Source: Candidatus Omnitrophota bacterium (GTDB taxonomy: Bacteria > Omnitrophota > Omnitrophia > Omnitrophales > Omnitrophaceae). From it: a stretch of DNA of 64,000 nt. Positions 48,026 through 58,706 of this stretch are shown here, one piece after another. A program made the position numbers and the translations under genes. The stretch's first letter is position 1; each line of letters begins with the position of its first letter. Location of the stretch: the NCBI GenBank assembly GCA_029561555.1, contig JAKQXH010000095.1, positions 10,124 through 74,123 on the forward strand, read 5' to 3'. Under the pieces are notes generated by a model. That model made no database searches and was not told where the DNA came from. It was given only the letters and a program-made list of their open reading frames with translations.

Positions 48026-49708
48026 ATGGCGCTAAAAATTTCAAACCGGACAGTAATCGCATCGGCAATATTTCTCACATGGCTCTTCACAGCTATGCCC
48101 GGGTTTGGACAGCATTCGGGCATTCCTTTTTCAGAACCGGGATGGGTGAAAGCTTCAAACTTCCCCTTGGATGCCGATTTTTTGGCACTCTCAAAAACCG
48201 AAGGGATTCCCAACCGTGTTTTCCTTGCATCCCGTAAAAATCTTTATCGGAGCCATAACGGGGGAAAAACTTGGGAACCCGTTTTCCGGGCCAACGGTGA
48301 AGAAAAAATCTCTTCCGTGTACGCCTGCGGAGGAAAATGTTTCCTCATTTTGGACGATGGAAAAATTTTGCTCAATGAAAATGGCGGAGGAACCTGGGAG
48401 GAAGTCCTTTCTCCTCCGGGAACCCGCAACGTCAAGACCGTTTCAGTCAATCCCGAAGACGAGGAGATTGTATTCCTCGGGACGGGCCGGGGATTGTATT
48501 GGAGCCTGGACAACGGCAGAAATTGGACAAAACAAAACGGCGTTTTGGGGAATCATGCAATCGGCTGCGTTTTCATCCCACCGCAAAAAGACAATCTTGT
48601 TTTTGTCGCCGCCGGAGAGGACCTTTACCGAAGCGACAACTACGGACGCTCGTTTTTAAAAACGTTTCATCTAACCAGGGAAAAAACCGAAGCCGAAACC
48701 GAAGACACGTCCTTTTATGAAGAAACGCTTCGGGAAGACAATGTCCCGCTTCAAGACTCTCTCATCTCGGCCGTAAAAGTTTCGCCTAAAAATCCGGAAG
48801 AGTTTCTGCTTGCGACTGCGGAAGGAGTCTTCGTCAGCCGTGATGCCGGCGAATCATGGGCGCCGGTTCCCCGAACCGGGCTCGCGGGGCAAGTTATCCT
48901 GGACCTTGAAATTTCACCCGGAGACGGGACCTTGTTCGCGGCAACCGAAAAGGGCGTCCATTGTTTTCCGCGCAGCGGAAAAACATGGACGGAGCTGTAC
49001 CGGGGCCTTGCCGAAAAAACCATCGGCAAAATCATTCTGCTCGGGGGAGAAAGAGAATCCCTGCTGACGGCGTCACGCCACGCGCTTTTTCGCTGGACGC
49101 AAGAATGGCTTCCTCCGGCCGGAGCACCTTCCCCGGAATACACGATTCCACCCGGTGTTTCTCAAGAAGAACTCACCGTTCTCTTCGCGAAAGAACCCTC
49201 CGTCCGTGAAGTCCAAAAAGCCGCGGTCCGCTACAACGGAGTCGGTAACGGAAAAATCACACGCTGGCAGATTGCGTCCCGTCTGAAAGCCCTCGTGCCG
49301 GATATATCGCTCAACCGGTATTTTTCTTCACATAACACCATTGATCTCGACCGGGGCGGGACCAACGATCCGGATACTTACATCCTGGGACCCGAGTCGT
49401 CGTCGACATCCGACTCCCTGAATCTCAGCTGGGACCTGAAAGATCTCATCTGGAGTTCGGACCAGACCTCAATCGATTCGCGGCAAAAACTGATGGTGGA
49501 ATTACGGGAAGAAATCCTCGGCGAAATCACCCGGCTTTATTTTGAGCGTAAAAGGGCCCTGAAGGATTTTTTCCTGCTCCAGCCTCAAAACCAAAAAGAC
49601 CGTCTGGAAGCATTGCTGAGAATCGAAGAACTGACCGCCTATCTCGACGGCTTAACGGGAGGATATTTAACAAAGGAGTTGGAGAAGCGAGGAATCAAAT
49701 ATACGTGA
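48026..49708 (+). CDS. Secreted BNR/Asp-box repeat (beta-propeller) protein
   Basis: ORF track 47963..49708. The likely start is ATG 48026 (MALKISNRTVIASAIFLTWLFTAMPGFG signal). Asp-box-like repeats: SHNGGKTWEPV, NENGGGTWEEV, SLDNGRNWTKQ, SDNYGRSF, SRDAGESWAPV. Confidence 0.65.
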   Translation: MALKISNRTVIASAIFLTWLFTAMPGFGQHSGIPFSEPGWVKASNFPLDADFLALSKTEGIPNRVFLASRKNLYRSHNGGKTWEPVFRANGEEKISSVYACGGKCFLILDDGKILLNENGGGTWEEVLSPPGTRNVKTVSVNPEDEEIVFLGTGRGLYWSLDNGRNWTKQNGVLGNHAIGCVFIPPQKDNLVFVAAGEDLYRSDNYGRSFLKTFHLTREKTEAETEDTSFYEETLREDNVPLQDSLISAVKVSPKNPEEFLLATAEGVFVSRDAGESWAPVPRTGLAGQVILDLEISPGDGTLFAATEKGVHCFPRSGKTWTELYRGLAEKTIGKIILLGGERESLLTASRHALFRWTQEWLPPAGAPSPEYTIPPGVSQEELTVLFAKEPSVREVQKAAVRYNGVGNGKITRWQIASRLKALVPDISLNRYFSSHNTIDLDRGGTNDPDTYILGPESSSTSDSLNLSWDLKDLIWSSDQTSIDSRQKLMVELREEILGEITRLYFERKRALKDFFLLQPQNQKDRLEALLRIEELTAYLDGLTGGYLTKELEKRGIKYT

Positions 49709-50363
49709 AGCGTATTTTGTGAAACGGAAAAAAACAGAAGACGGAAAAAAGGAAAGGAGGAACAGGGACAGGTCTCAGCAGCCCTTTACATTGTAACGAG
49801 TTACACAAGAACTGTCCCTCCCTAACTCAATATGTCACCTAGGATCCCAAGATCTCAATTATCAACATACACGTATTTTCATGTTTGCGTGAAAGGCAAC
49901 AATGGGCAAGTAATCTTTTCGTCTAGAAACGATTTCCGGAATTATCTTATGCGAATTGAAAAATATCGGAAACGCTACGATCTTCAGTGTTTTGCCTATT
50001 GTCTGATGGACAATCACGCCCACATTTTGCTACGAGCTCCATCACTTCAAACTTTGTCTAAAGCGATGCAAGCTATACAAGTCGCTTACGTTATGCACTT
50101 CAACCTAGTGCACAATCGGCGAGGACATCTTTTTCAGGAAAGATTCACGAGTTGGGTAATTGAAAATGAGGGTCATTTGCTTGAAGCAAAAGAATATATC
50201 GAGGGTAATCCGGTAAAAGCAGGAATTGTCAGCCAAAAGGAAGATTACATGTGGAGCAGTGCAAGCGGGGACAGTTCTCTTGTAAAGCTAAGCCTAATAA
50301 TCCTTTAGCGGGACCTGTCCCTAAGTTGTTTCACGAGAAACTCTTCACGTTTCACGCTTCACG
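49704..50363. mobile_element. RAYT-type element: HUH transposase gene with flanking inverted heptamer arrays and a 10-bp inverted repeat
   Basis: Left array CGTGAAG CGTATTT TGTGAAA (49704-49724). Right array TTTCACG..CTTCACG TTTCACG CTTCACG (50329-50363) is in opposite orientation. GGGACAGGTC (49765-49774) is the exact reverse complement of GACCTGTCCC (50312-50321). The gene body is visibly more AT-rich than its neighbours. Confidence 0.6.
49832..50308 (+). CDS. IS200/IS605-family Y1 HUH transposase-like protein, REP-associated (RAYT) type
   Basis: 158 aa. YFHVCVKGNNGQVIFSS..FRNYL...CFAYCLMDNHAHILLRA (HUH = HAH) ...NRRGHLFQERFTS...EAKEYIEGNPVKAGIV...DYMWSS (catalytic Tyr in YIEGNPV). Confidence 0.8.
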   Translation: MSPRIPRSQLSTYTYFHVCVKGNNGQVIFSSRNDFRNYLMRIEKYRKRYDLQCFAYCLMDNHAHILLRAPSLQTLSKAMQAIQVAYVMHFNLVHNRRGHLFQERFTSWVIENEGHLLEAKEYIEGNPVKAGIVSQKEDYMWSSASGDSSLVKLSLIIL

Positions 50364-51403
50364 CTCCCCTCCTGCAACCTCAGCTGTCCGCAGGCGGCGG
50401 CAATGTCCTGCCCCGCGCTGCGGCGAACGGTCACGCGAATACCCTCTTTCTCGAGGACTTTTTGGAATTCAAGAATCCGGCGCTCCGCGGGAGGGCGAAA
50501 TTCCTTCAATACCGAATTGCAGGGGATCAAATTCACCTTCGCGTGAATCATTTTGGCGATCCCCGCCAATTCAACGGCGTCTTCGTCCCGGTCCGTCACC
50601 TCACCGGCCAGAAGATACTCGAAGGTGATCTGCCTTTTAAACTTGTCCTCCGCTTCTTCCAGGGCTTTCAGGATTTCGGGAATATTGTATTTCCGGTTCG
50701 CGGGAATCAAGCGCGTCCGGACCGCGTCATCCGGGCTGTGAAGCGAGACGGCAAGCTTGATCTGATTCAATCCTTCCTCCGAAAACCGCCGTATCCCCGG
50801 AACAATTCCGACCGTTGAAACCGTAATCCTTCTCTGCCCGATCCCGAACCCCCAGGAGGCATTGGCAATCCGGATGGATTTCACGACCGCATCATAGTTG
50901 TCAAAGGGCTCTCCCATCCCCATGTACACCAGGTTTGTCGGAAGGGACCCCGTATCTTTCGCGACAAAAGCGATCTGGTCCAGAATCTCCCCGCAGGAAA
51001 GATTCCGGACGAACCCGCCCTGTCCGCTCGCGCAAAAAAGGCATCCCATTTTGCAGCCGATTTGGGTGGAAAGGCACTGGGTCTTCCGGCCGCCCTGCGG
51101 GATCAGGACCGTCTCGATGAAATTTCCGTCGGACGTTTTCAAGAGATACTTCACGGAATGGTCCCGGCAAGACTCCAACCGGGAGCTCATTGACAGAGAA
51201 CAAAGGCAATATTGCTTTCGGAGAGAATCAAGAAACGAACGGGGGATATTCTTTATTTCCGGCCAATCGCAGGCGTTCTTTTTATAAAGCCATTGCGCGA
51301 GTTGTCTTGCCCGGTAAGGCTTCTCACCCTGACGATGCGCCGCGTCCTCGAGTTCTTCAAGCGTAAGATTCCGAAGCGAACCATCCCCGGAGATTAAAGC
51401 CAT
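50345..51403 (-). CDS. rlmN: 23S rRNA/tRNA (adenine-C2)-methyltransferase RlmN (radical SAM)
   Basis: ORF track 50345..51484. The likely start is ATG 51403, overlapping the corA stop by 10 nt. YRARQLAQWLY, CLSTQIGCKMGCLFCASG (CxxxCxxC), GMGEP, CGQL near the C-terminus. Confidence 0.9.
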   Translation of the reverse strand: MALISGDGSLRNLTLEELEDAAHRQGEKPYRARQLAQWLYKKNACDWPEIKNIPRSFLDSLRKQYCLCSLSMSSRLESCRDHSVKYLLKTSDGNFIETVLIPQGGRKTQCLSTQIGCKMGCLFCASGQGGFVRNLSCGEILDQIAFVAKDTGSLPTNLVYMGMGEPFDNYDAVVKSIRIANASWGFGIGQRRITVSTVGIVPGIRRFSEEGLNQIKLAVSLHSPDDAVRTRLIPANRKYNIPEILKALEEAEDKFKRQITFEYLLAGEVTDRDEDAVELAGIAKMIHAKVNLIPCNSVLKEFRPPAERRILEFQKVLEKEGIRVTVRRSAGQDIAAACGQLRLQEGSVKRET

Positions 51404-52446
51404 TTCTTGTGTCGCATGAACAAAATCGTGCCCGTTGCGGTCAGCAGCATCCCCCCCAGCACCACAAAATAGCCGTACTCCCATTGAATCTCGGGCATAA
51501 ACCGGAAATTCATCCCGTAAATCCCGGTGATCACGGTCAGGGGAAGCATCACGGAAGCGATCACCGTCAAGCCCTTCATCACCTGGTTCAGGCGGTTGTT
51601 GTCGAAAATCAGATAAGTTTCGACGGTGCTGTTGAGCCGTTCATGGTACACGTTGATGGTATCCATGAACCGGATCAGAACGTCGCAGGTGTCCCGGAAA
51701 TAAAGCCGGGCTTTCTCGGAAATATGCGCGAACCGTTCCTTCGAAAGGATGGAAATCGTATCCCGCTGCCGGGACATCAGGGAGCGGATATAAAAAACAT
51801 CTTTTTTGATATCAAAGATGGCCTTGAGAAATTTGTCGTCGGGGTTAAAAAAAACTTCCTCCTCCGCCCAAGAAATTTCCTCTCCGAGGTCCTCGACGAG
51901 AGGCTCATACGTTTCCATCAGATGGTCGAGAAGCGCGTAAAGAAAAAAATCGGCCCCTTTTCTCATCCAGAGATCCGGACTTTTCGAGCACCGTTCCTGC
52001 ATAATTTTGACGCTCGAAATCGGTTTAACGTGATGCGTCACGACAAAATTTTTTCCGATAAAAATATCCAGTTCGCAGGTGCGGATCTGCTCCGTCTCGT
52101 TTTTAAGATCGGGCGCGTGCAAAATCATGAAAAGATAATCCGTGTAATCGTCAATCTTGGGATGATGACGGACATTCGCGCAGTCTTCCACGGCAAGCGG
52201 ATGAAAATTAAAGAAATCGGAAAAAAGGCGGAACTCGTCCTCAGTCGGCTTGTCAAAATCCATCCAGACCAGCGCTTTGGGGTCCTGCAGGGCCTCCCGG
52301 ACCGAATTCAGCGACACCCCCGCGATTCCTTCCCCGCTCGGAAGAGGACCGGAAGAATCCGGCTTGGGAACGGATTCCTCCCCAAAAAGGGGTGTCCCCA
52401 AAAACTGTTTTTGTTTATCCCGTCCGTGAATGTAGAGATGTATCAT
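51394..52446 (-). CDS. corA: Magnesium/cobalt transporter CorA
   Basis: 350 aa. YGMNFRFMPE (GMN motif) between two C-terminal TM helices. Confidence 0.9.
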   Translation of the reverse strand: MIHLYIHGRDKQKQFLGTPLFGEESVPKPDSSGPLPSGEGIAGVSLNSVREALQDPKALVWMDFDKPTEDEFRLFSDFFNFHPLAVEDCANVRHHPKIDDYTDYLFMILHAPDLKNETEQIRTCELDIFIGKNFVVTHHVKPISSVKIMQERCSKSPDLWMRKGADFFLYALLDHLMETYEPLVEDLGEEISWAEEEVFFNPDDKFLKAIFDIKKDVFYIRSLMSRQRDTISILSKERFAHISEKARLYFRDTCDVLIRFMDTINVYHERLNSTVETYLIFDNNRLNQVMKGLTVIASVMLPLTVITGIYGMNFRFMPEIQWEYGYFVVLGGMLLTATGTILFMRHKKWL

Positions 52447-52565
52447 AGCCGTTTCGTTTTATTCGAGCCCGTTCATATGATCCGCGAAGATTATGTCCGG
52501 AAAACGCTCGAAGTCCCTGGGATTAACCCGGTGAGGGTGCTGGAAAATCCAATCGCTGGCAGGCC

Positions 52566-52748
52566 TTAGTTTTTTTTCTCCCGATCCTCGTTTTTACCTT
52601 CACCGCTCAATCCCTGAACGGCTTTCTTGAATTCACGAATGCTTTTCCCCAAAGCCTGTCCGATATCGGGAAGGCGCTTTGCCCCGAAAAGGAGAAGAAC
52701 CACGAGAAATATGACCAGCAGTTCCGAAAAACCGATGTTAGGCAGCAA
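52566..52748 (-). CDS. tatA: Twin-arginine translocase subunit TatA/E
   Basis: 60 aa. MLPNIGFSELLVIFLVVLLLFGAKRLPDIGQALGKSIREFKKA. Confidence 0.9.
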   Translation of the reverse strand: MLPNIGFSELLVIFLVVLLLFGAKRLPDIGQALGKSIREFKKAVQGLSGEGKNEDREKKN

Positions 52749-52797
52749 AAGTCACCTTCCCTTCGATTCGGATCTCAAAACCCGAAGGCCGGATCTT

Positions 52798-53151
52798 CTA
52801 AGCCCCGGGATTTTCGGACGGCCGGGAACTTTTCGCGAGACGTTCCGCAACGGGAAGGCCTTCCCCGCTGTCGGCGTAGTCCAAAGTCACCCAATCGCCC
52901 AATTTTAATTCAGCCAAGCCCGATATGGCCTCCAGCTTGGTCTTTTCACTCACCTGAAACGTCGACAGGACCTTCGGCAAATCCTTCTGTGTCTGGGAAG
53001 CGACCACAATCTGCTTCGAAACCATCTTCACCAAAACAACTTCGCCGGAAACGCTCCCGGTCTTCCCGGCGGAAAAGACAGCCGAATTCCCCCCGAAAAG
53101 CAACGCGGCAAAAACAAACAGCCAAAGGCCCTGACGTCTCATCTTTTTCAA
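52798..53151 (-). CDS. Hypothetical secreted protein (117 aa)
   Basis: Signal peptide MKKMRRQGLWLFVFAALLFGGNSAVFSAG. The remainder is beta-rich. I recognise no family. Confidence 0.55.
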   Translation of the reverse strand: MKKMRRQGLWLFVFAALLFGGNSAVFSAGKTGSVSGEVVLVKMVSKQIVVASQTQKDLPKVLSTFQVSEKTKLEAISGLAELKLGDWVTLDYADSGEGLPVAERLAKSSRPSENPGA

Positions 53152-53164
53152 TCCGCGGGCAAAA

Positions 53165-53683
53165 TTATTTTACCGCGGAATCCTCGTACATCTTGAGCTT
53201 GGCCCAAGTTTTCCGGCCGCAAATTCCGTCCGCTTTAAGTCCGTTGTCGGACTGAAAACGGCGAATGGCATCCGTCGTGCCGGACCCGACCTTCCCGTCG
53301 ATTGAGCCGTCGTAGTAGCCGGCATTTTTGAGAGCTCTCTGAATCGAGATGGCCTGAAGCTCAAACCCGGAAGGCGTCCGGTAAACTCCGGATGTCACCG
53401 TAACCGATTTCGCTTTGGCGGAAACGCCGCCCTGAAGGCTGGCAACTTCCTGCTCCAAACGGCGGCGGTTCGATTCGTCACTCTTGGAATTTTCCTGCAT
53501 CACCCGCATTTCTTCGGAAACCCGGTTCAGCTCCGTGGTCAGTCCCCCGACCTGAGTTTTCAGGAGATTGACTTCCTGCTTCATTTTTTTAGTCGCACAA
53601 CCCGGCATCAACAAAACACAAATCAGCAAACACCCGAAAATCTTAGCACCATCCTTCACGAAACACTCCTCCTTTCCATGCAA
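53165..53683 (-). CDS. Peptidoglycan-binding (PG_binding_1) domain protein with coiled coil, probable lipoprotein
   Basis: 172 aa. CVLLMPGC near the N-terminus and a coiled-coil segment. IQRALKNAGYYDGSIDGKVGSGTTDAIRRFQSDNGLKADGICGRKTW. Confidence 0.75.
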   Translation of the reverse strand: MHGKEECFVKDGAKIFGCLLICVLLMPGCATKKMKQEVNLLKTQVGGLTTELNRVSEEMRVMQENSKSDESNRRRLEQEVASLQGGVSAKAKSVTVTSGVYRTPSGFELQAISIQRALKNAGYYDGSIDGKVGSGTTDAIRRFQSDNGLKADGICGRKTWAKLKMYEDSAVK

Positions 53684-54009
53684 ACTTTTAGCGATTAAGA
53701 CTTCTTAAAGATTTAAACTCACGCCTCTTTCTCCGGCCGAAAAACAAACTAAATTTATTCACGGATTGACTTTATGTTAGCTTGAAACATATCAAAGTCA
53801 AGCATAAATCTTCCCCCGTTTTCTTTCATTTCGGCTTTAAAAAAATTTTCCCGGATTTTTCCGGCCGGTGTTTTTTTCGAAGCCCTTAAATCCGGCGATT
53901 CAACTCCTGAAAAACCTGCCGAAAAATTAAGTACGAGCAAATTTTCGGGTTTTCCGCTATGATAACGGTCGTTTCACAGTCTCAAAAAATCAGGAGGGTT
54001 CTCTTAAAA

Positions 54010-55995
54010 ATGGCAAAAACCGTAAAAACGCGCAAAACAAAGGCCTCCCGGAAAACTATTCGTCCGGGGATCCCGGAAGTAAAAAAGGATCCCGTCCGCT
54101 ACGACATTTCCCTTTTGCAAGACACCGACCTTTATCTTTTTAACGAGGGTACGCACTACCGCCTTTATGAGAAACTCGGATCGCATATCGTGCCGGTCGA
54201 CGGGATCGAAGGGACTTATTTCGCCGTATGGGCGCCGGACGCCCGGGAAGTCTTTGTCATCGGAGATTTCAACGGCTGGAACAAAACAAGTCATCCGCTC
54301 CGGCCGCGGGGAAACTCGGGAATTTGGGAAGGCTATATCGCCGAGGCCCGGATCGGGATGTTGTATAAATATCACATCGTCGCGCGGCACAACGGACATC
54401 GTTCCGAAAAAACCGACCCCTTCGCGTTTTTCAACGAGACCCCGCCGAAAACGGCCTCGATCATTTGGGATTTGGCGTACTCCTGGACCGACAAAAGCTG
54501 GATGAAAAAACGCCACGACCGCAACAAACTGGACGCCCCGGTCTCGGTTTACGAAGTTCACCTGGGATCCTGGATGCGCGTGCCGGAGCAGGGATTCCGT
54601 TCCCTCAATTACCAGGAAACCGCCATTGAACTCGCCCGGCACGTCAAGGAAATGGGCTTCACGCATGTCGAATTCCTCCCCGTTATGGAACACCCGTTCT
54701 ACGGGTCTTGGGGATACCAGGTTTCCGGCTATTTCGCCCCGACCAGCCGCTACGGCGCGCCGCAGGACTTTATGCATCTCGTGGATTATCTCCATCAGGA
54801 AGGGATCGGAGTCATCCTGGATTGGGTCCCTTCGCATTTTCCCTGCGACGGGCACAATCTCGGCTATTTTGACGGAACGCATCTTTACGAGCACGCCGAT
54901 CCCAAGAAAGGGTTTCATCCGGACTGGGCAAGTTACATTTTCAACTACGGACGGAATGAAGTCCGGTGTTTCCTGATGAGCAGCGCCTTCTTCTGGCTGG
55001 ATAAATATCACGCGGACGGACTGCGGGTCGACGCCGTCGCGTCCATGCTTTATCTCGATTACTCGCGCGAAGACGGCGAGTGGATCCCGAATCGTTTCGG
55101 CGGGAATCACAATCTCGAGGCCATCTCCTTCATCAAGCACCTGAACGAAGAAGTCTATAAAAATTATCCGGACGTTCAGATGATCGCGGAAGAATCCACC
55201 GACTGGTCCATGGTCTCCCGGCCGACTTATTCGGGAGGACTCGGGTTCGGGATGAAATGGGACATGGGCTGGATGCACGACACGCTTGTCTACATCACCA
55301 AAGAACCCATCCACCGGAAACATCATCACAACGAGCTCACCTTCAGAATGCTCTATGCCTTCACCGAGAATTTCATTCTTCCCCTCTCCCATGACGAAGT
55401 CGTCCACGGCAAAGGATCATTGCTCGGGAAAATGCCGGGGGACCCCTGGCAGAAATTCGCCAACCTGAGGCTTCTCCTGGGCTACATGTACACGCAGGTC
55501 GGGAAGAAACTCCTGTTCATGGGCGGAGAATTCGGACAGTACCGGGAGTGGAACCACGACGAAAGCCTGGACTGGCATCTCCTCGCTTTTCATCCGCACG
55601 CCGGGATCAGACAATGGGTCACCGACCTGAATCATCTGTACCGGAAGGAACCCGCGCTGCACGAGCTTGATTTCCAGCCCGCGGGATTCGAATGGATTGA
55701 CTGCCAGGACGCGCAAAGCAGCGTGATCAGTTTCATCCGGAAGGGAAAAACGACCGGATCGATTGTCCTGGTGGTCTGCAATTTCACTCCCGTCCCGCGC
55801 ACTGATTACCGCGTGGGCGTCCCCCGCGCGGGGTTTTGGCGGGAAATCCTGAACAGCGACGCGAAAGAATATTGGGGCAGCGGGCTCGGAAATTTCGGCG
55901 GGGTGGGAACGGATCCGATCGCATGGAATCACCGTCCCCATTCGGTCAATTTGACCCTTCCCCCGCTCGCCACCATCGTGCTGCGGGCCGAATGA
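54010..55995 (+). CDS. glgB: 1,4-alpha-glucan branching enzyme (GH13)
   Basis: ORF track 53959..55995. Alternative start ATG 54010. [42 protein letters not shown]-like [17 protein letters not shown]. Confidence 0.9.
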   Translation: MAKTVKTRKTKASRKTIRPGIPEVKKDPVRYDISLLQDTDLYLFNEGTHYRLYEKLGSHIVPVDGIEGTYFAVWAPDAREVFVIGDFNGWNKTSHPLRPRGNSGIWEGYIAEARIGMLYKYHIVARHNGHRSEKTDPFAFFNETPPKTASIIWDLAYSWTDKSWMKKRHDRNKLDAPVSVYEVHLGSWMRVPEQGFRSLNYQETAIELARHVKEMGFTHVEFLPVMEHPFYGSWGYQVSGYFAPTSRYGAPQDFMHLVDYLHQEGIGVILDWVPSHFPCDGHNLGYFDGTHLYEHADPKKGFHPDWASYIFNYGRNEVRCFLMSSAFFWLDKYHADGLRVDAVASMLYLDYSREDGEWIPNRFGGNHNLEAISFIKHLNEEVYKNYPDVQMIAEESTDWSMVSRPTYSGGLGFGMKWDMGWMHDTLVYITKEPIHRKHHHNELTFRMLYAFTENFILPLSHDEVVHGKGSLLGKMPGDPWQKFANLRLLLGYMYTQVGKKLLFMGGEFGQYREWNHDESLDWHLLAFHPHAGIRQWVTDLNHLYRKEPALHELDFQPAGFEWIDCQDAQSSVISFIRKGKTTGSIVLVVCNFTPVPRTDYRVGVPRAGFWREILNSDAKEYWGSGLGNFGGVGTDPIAWNHRPHSVNLTLPPLATIVLRAE

Positions 55996-56077
55996 CGCGA
56001 AAAAGCGATTGACAAAAAAATCGGAAATGGAAAGCGAGGCGGAAATTTCTAACGCGCAAGCATAAGGAGTTCTGCCG

Positions 56078-58504
56078 GTGAAACGCTGCATCTGCATCCA
56101 CGGACATTTTTACCAGCCCCCACGGGAAAACCCCTGGCTTGAGGCCGTCGAGCTCCAGGACTCGGCGTACCCCTACCATGATTGGAACGAAAGAATTAAC
56201 GTCGAATGCTACGCCGCCAACGGCGCCTCCCGGATCCTGGACGGTGAAGGGCGCATCGTCCAAATCGTCAACAATTACTCGAGAATCAGTTTCAATTTCG
56301 GCCCCACGCTTTTAAGCTGGCTCGAGAAAAACGCGCCGAAAACCTATCAGGAAATTCTCGAGGCCGACCGTCTGAGCCGGAAAATCTTTTCCGGGCACGG
56401 GTCCGCCCTCGCACAGGCCTACAATCATATGATTATGCCGCTCGCGAACGGCCGCGACAAATACACGCAGGTTTTCTGGGGAATCCGCGATTTCGAACAC
56501 CGGTTTGGGCAAAAACCGGAGGGGATGTGGCTTCCCGAAACGGCCGTCGATCTCGAGACGCTCGAAATCCTGGCCGGTCAGGGAATTTTATTCACGATTC
56601 TCGCGCCCCATCAGGCCAGGCAAATCCACAAAACGGGCGAAGGAAAATGGACCGACGTTTCGGGTGCCAAAATCGATCCGACCACGGCTTACGAACTCCC
56701 GCTGGCTTCCGGGAAGAAAATAAATCTTTTCTTCTACGACGGCCCCATCTCCCGCGCGGTGGCCTTCGAACGGCTCCTGAACCGCGGCGAAGATCTTTCG
56801 AACCGAATCATGAGCGCCTTTTCCGAGAACCGCCGCCACACTCAATTCGTCCACATCGCGACCGACGGAGAAACTTACGGCCATCACCACCGTAACGGGG
56901 ATATGGCGCTCGCCTATGCCCTGCATTACATCCAGTCCAACAAACTCGCGGACATCACCATTTACGGGGAGCATCTGTCGAAGCACCCTCCCACGCATCT
57001 CGTGGAAATTCTCGAGAACACCTCCTGGAGCTGCTCACACGGCATCGAGCGGTGGCGGGCCAGTTGCGGCTGTAACTCCGGCGGAAGGCCGGACTGGAAT
57101 CAAAACTGGCGGGCCCCGCTCCGCGATGCCCTCAACTGGCTGCGCGACACGCTGATCCCTCTGTACGAAGACAAAGCTTCGGCGTTCCTGAAAGACCCCT
57201 GGAACGCGCGAAACCATTACATCGACGTCATTTTAAACCGGTCACCGGAAAACGTCGGGAATTTCCTTGCCCAGCACGCTTCGCGCGCCCTGACCGAAGA
57301 AGAAAAGATCTCGTCGCTGAAACTTCTCGAGCTTCAGCGCCACGCCATGCTGATGTTCACAAGCTGCGGCTGGTTTTTCGACGAGATTTCCGGGATCGAA
57401 ACCGTTCAGATCCTTCAATATGCCGGGCGGGCGATTCAGCTGGCCGAAGAACTGTTCGGGGATTCCATCGAGAAACAATTCCTCGAAAAACTCAGTTTCG
57501 CGAAAAGCAATATTTCCTACCGCCGGGACGGCCGCCAAATCTACGAGCGTTTCGTCAGGCCCTCCATCGTCAACCTGCATAAAGTCGCGGCCCATTACGC
57601 GATGAACCTTCTGTTCGAAGGTTACGGAGAAAAAGCGAAAGTCTATTCCTACGGCGTCGACCTCGACGATTGCAAAATTTCACAATCGGGAAAGGCAAAA
57701 CTTGCCGTCGGAAAAATGCGGGTCACGTCCGAGATTACCTGGGAAAACGCCCAGCTCAGTTTCGGGGCGCTTCATTTCGGTGATCACAATTTAAGCTGCG
57801 GGATCAGCGCGTTTCAAAGTCTCGACGCTTATAAAATAATGGCCGCCGAGGCGATGGATGTTTTCTCCCGGGCGGACATCCCCGAAGTCATCCGGACTTT
57901 CGACAAATATTTCTTCAAGCCGAACTATTCCCTGAAATCCCTTTTCCGGGACGAACAAAGAAAAATCCTGGACCGCATCCTGGGCTCGACCCTGACGGAA
58001 GTGGAAGTGGTTTACAACCAACTGTATCAAAACCACGGCCCTCTGATGCGGTTTCTTCTGGATCTTGCGATCCCCCTCCCGAAAGCGCTTCAGGGAATGG
58101 CGGAATTCGTCCTGAACAGCAATCTCCGGCACGCCTTTTCCGACGAGCCGCTCGATCTGGAACAAATCCAGCGGCTCATGGACGAAGCCCGGAAAGGAAA
58201 AGTCCCGATCGACACTGCGGGGCTAGGATACGCCTTTCAGGAAACGGCAAACCGCATCGTCAAGCAATTCGCCGAAAAACCGGATGATTTAGAGCTGGCC
58301 CAGAAACTGGACCTCGTTGCAGACATCATCAGCCTTCTTCCGTTTGAAGTCAATTTATGGCAGGTTCAGAATCTTTTTTACGGAATGCTTCACGAAATCT
58401 ATCCGTCCTTCCGGGACAAAGCGAATCAGGGAGACGAAAACGCCATCCTGTGGGTCAAGTATTTCACGTCTCTGGGGAAAACACTTCACATCCACATTCC
58501 GTAA
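56078..58504 (+). CDS. Glycoside hydrolase family 57 protein with C-terminal DUF3536-like region
   Basis: 808 aa. GTG start with AAGGAG upstream. CIHGHFYQPPRENPW, FNFGPTLLSWL, LAQAYNHMIMPL, WLPETAV, ATDGETYGHH. Confidence 0.85.
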   Translation: MKRCICIHGHFYQPPRENPWLEAVELQDSAYPYHDWNERINVECYAANGASRILDGEGRIVQIVNNYSRISFNFGPTLLSWLEKNAPKTYQEILEADRLSRKIFSGHGSALAQAYNHMIMPLANGRDKYTQVFWGIRDFEHRFGQKPEGMWLPETAVDLETLEILAGQGILFTILAPHQARQIHKTGEGKWTDVSGAKIDPTTAYELPLASGKKINLFFYDGPISRAVAFERLLNRGEDLSNRIMSAFSENRRHTQFVHIATDGETYGHHHRNGDMALAYALHYIQSNKLADITIYGEHLSKHPPTHLVEILENTSWSCSHGIERWRASCGCNSGGRPDWNQNWRAPLRDALNWLRDTLIPLYEDKASAFLKDPWNARNHYIDVILNRSPENVGNFLAQHASRALTEEEKISSLKLLELQRHAMLMFTSCGWFFDEISGIETVQILQYAGRAIQLAEELFGDSIEKQFLEKLSFAKSNISYRRDGRQIYERFVRPSIVNLHKVAAHYAMNLLFEGYGEKAKVYSYGVDLDDCKISQSGKAKLAVGKMRVTSEITWENAQLSFGALHFGDHNLSCGISAFQSLDAYKIMAAEAMDVFSRADIPEVIRTFDKYFFKPNYSLKSLFRDEQRKILDRILGSTLTEVEVVYNQLYQNHGPLMRFLLDLAIPLPKALQGMAEFVLNSNLRHAFSDEPLDLEQIQRLMDEARKGKVPIDTAGLGYAFQETANRIVKQFAEKPDDLELAQKLDLVADIISLLPFEVNLWQVQNLFYGMLHEIYPSFRDKANQGDENAILWVKYFTSLGKTLHIHIP

Positions 58505-58706
58505 AAAACGCGACTCCGGATAATTTTACTGCACGTGCGAGAATCAGGCCGGTTCCGGAAAGAAAATTTACGTCCATGAAGACAAGCTTGCCCTCATCTT
58601 CAGGACGCTAAGCGATTACGATTGAAGATAAAGCGCTTTTAACGTCAAGAGCGCCCAACAAAACACCGGATCCGAAACGCGAGAAGTTTCGCCGTGTCCA
58701 TCCTCC

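Noticed and set aside
23580-51484. N-terminal extensions of track ORFs: 23580 (glxK), 23779 (thrH), 28563 (SDR), 31606 (PilZ), 33745 (KTSC), 40645 (dsbD), 44160 and 44704 (response regulators), 47963 (BNR), 51484 (rlmN), 62097 (gshB), 62932.
   Set aside because: The family-typical N-termini begin at internal ATGs. Most of these have better Shine-Dalgarno sequences. The extensions overlap upstream genes or intergenic repeats.
51409-52569. Plus-strand ORF of 386 aa.
   Set aside because: It is antisense to corA, which has the GMN motif and TM helices. The product is H/P/R/G-rich with no motifs.
54004-55407. Minus-strand ORF of 467 aa.
   Set aside because: It is antisense to glgB, which carries the full GH13 branching-enzyme motif set.
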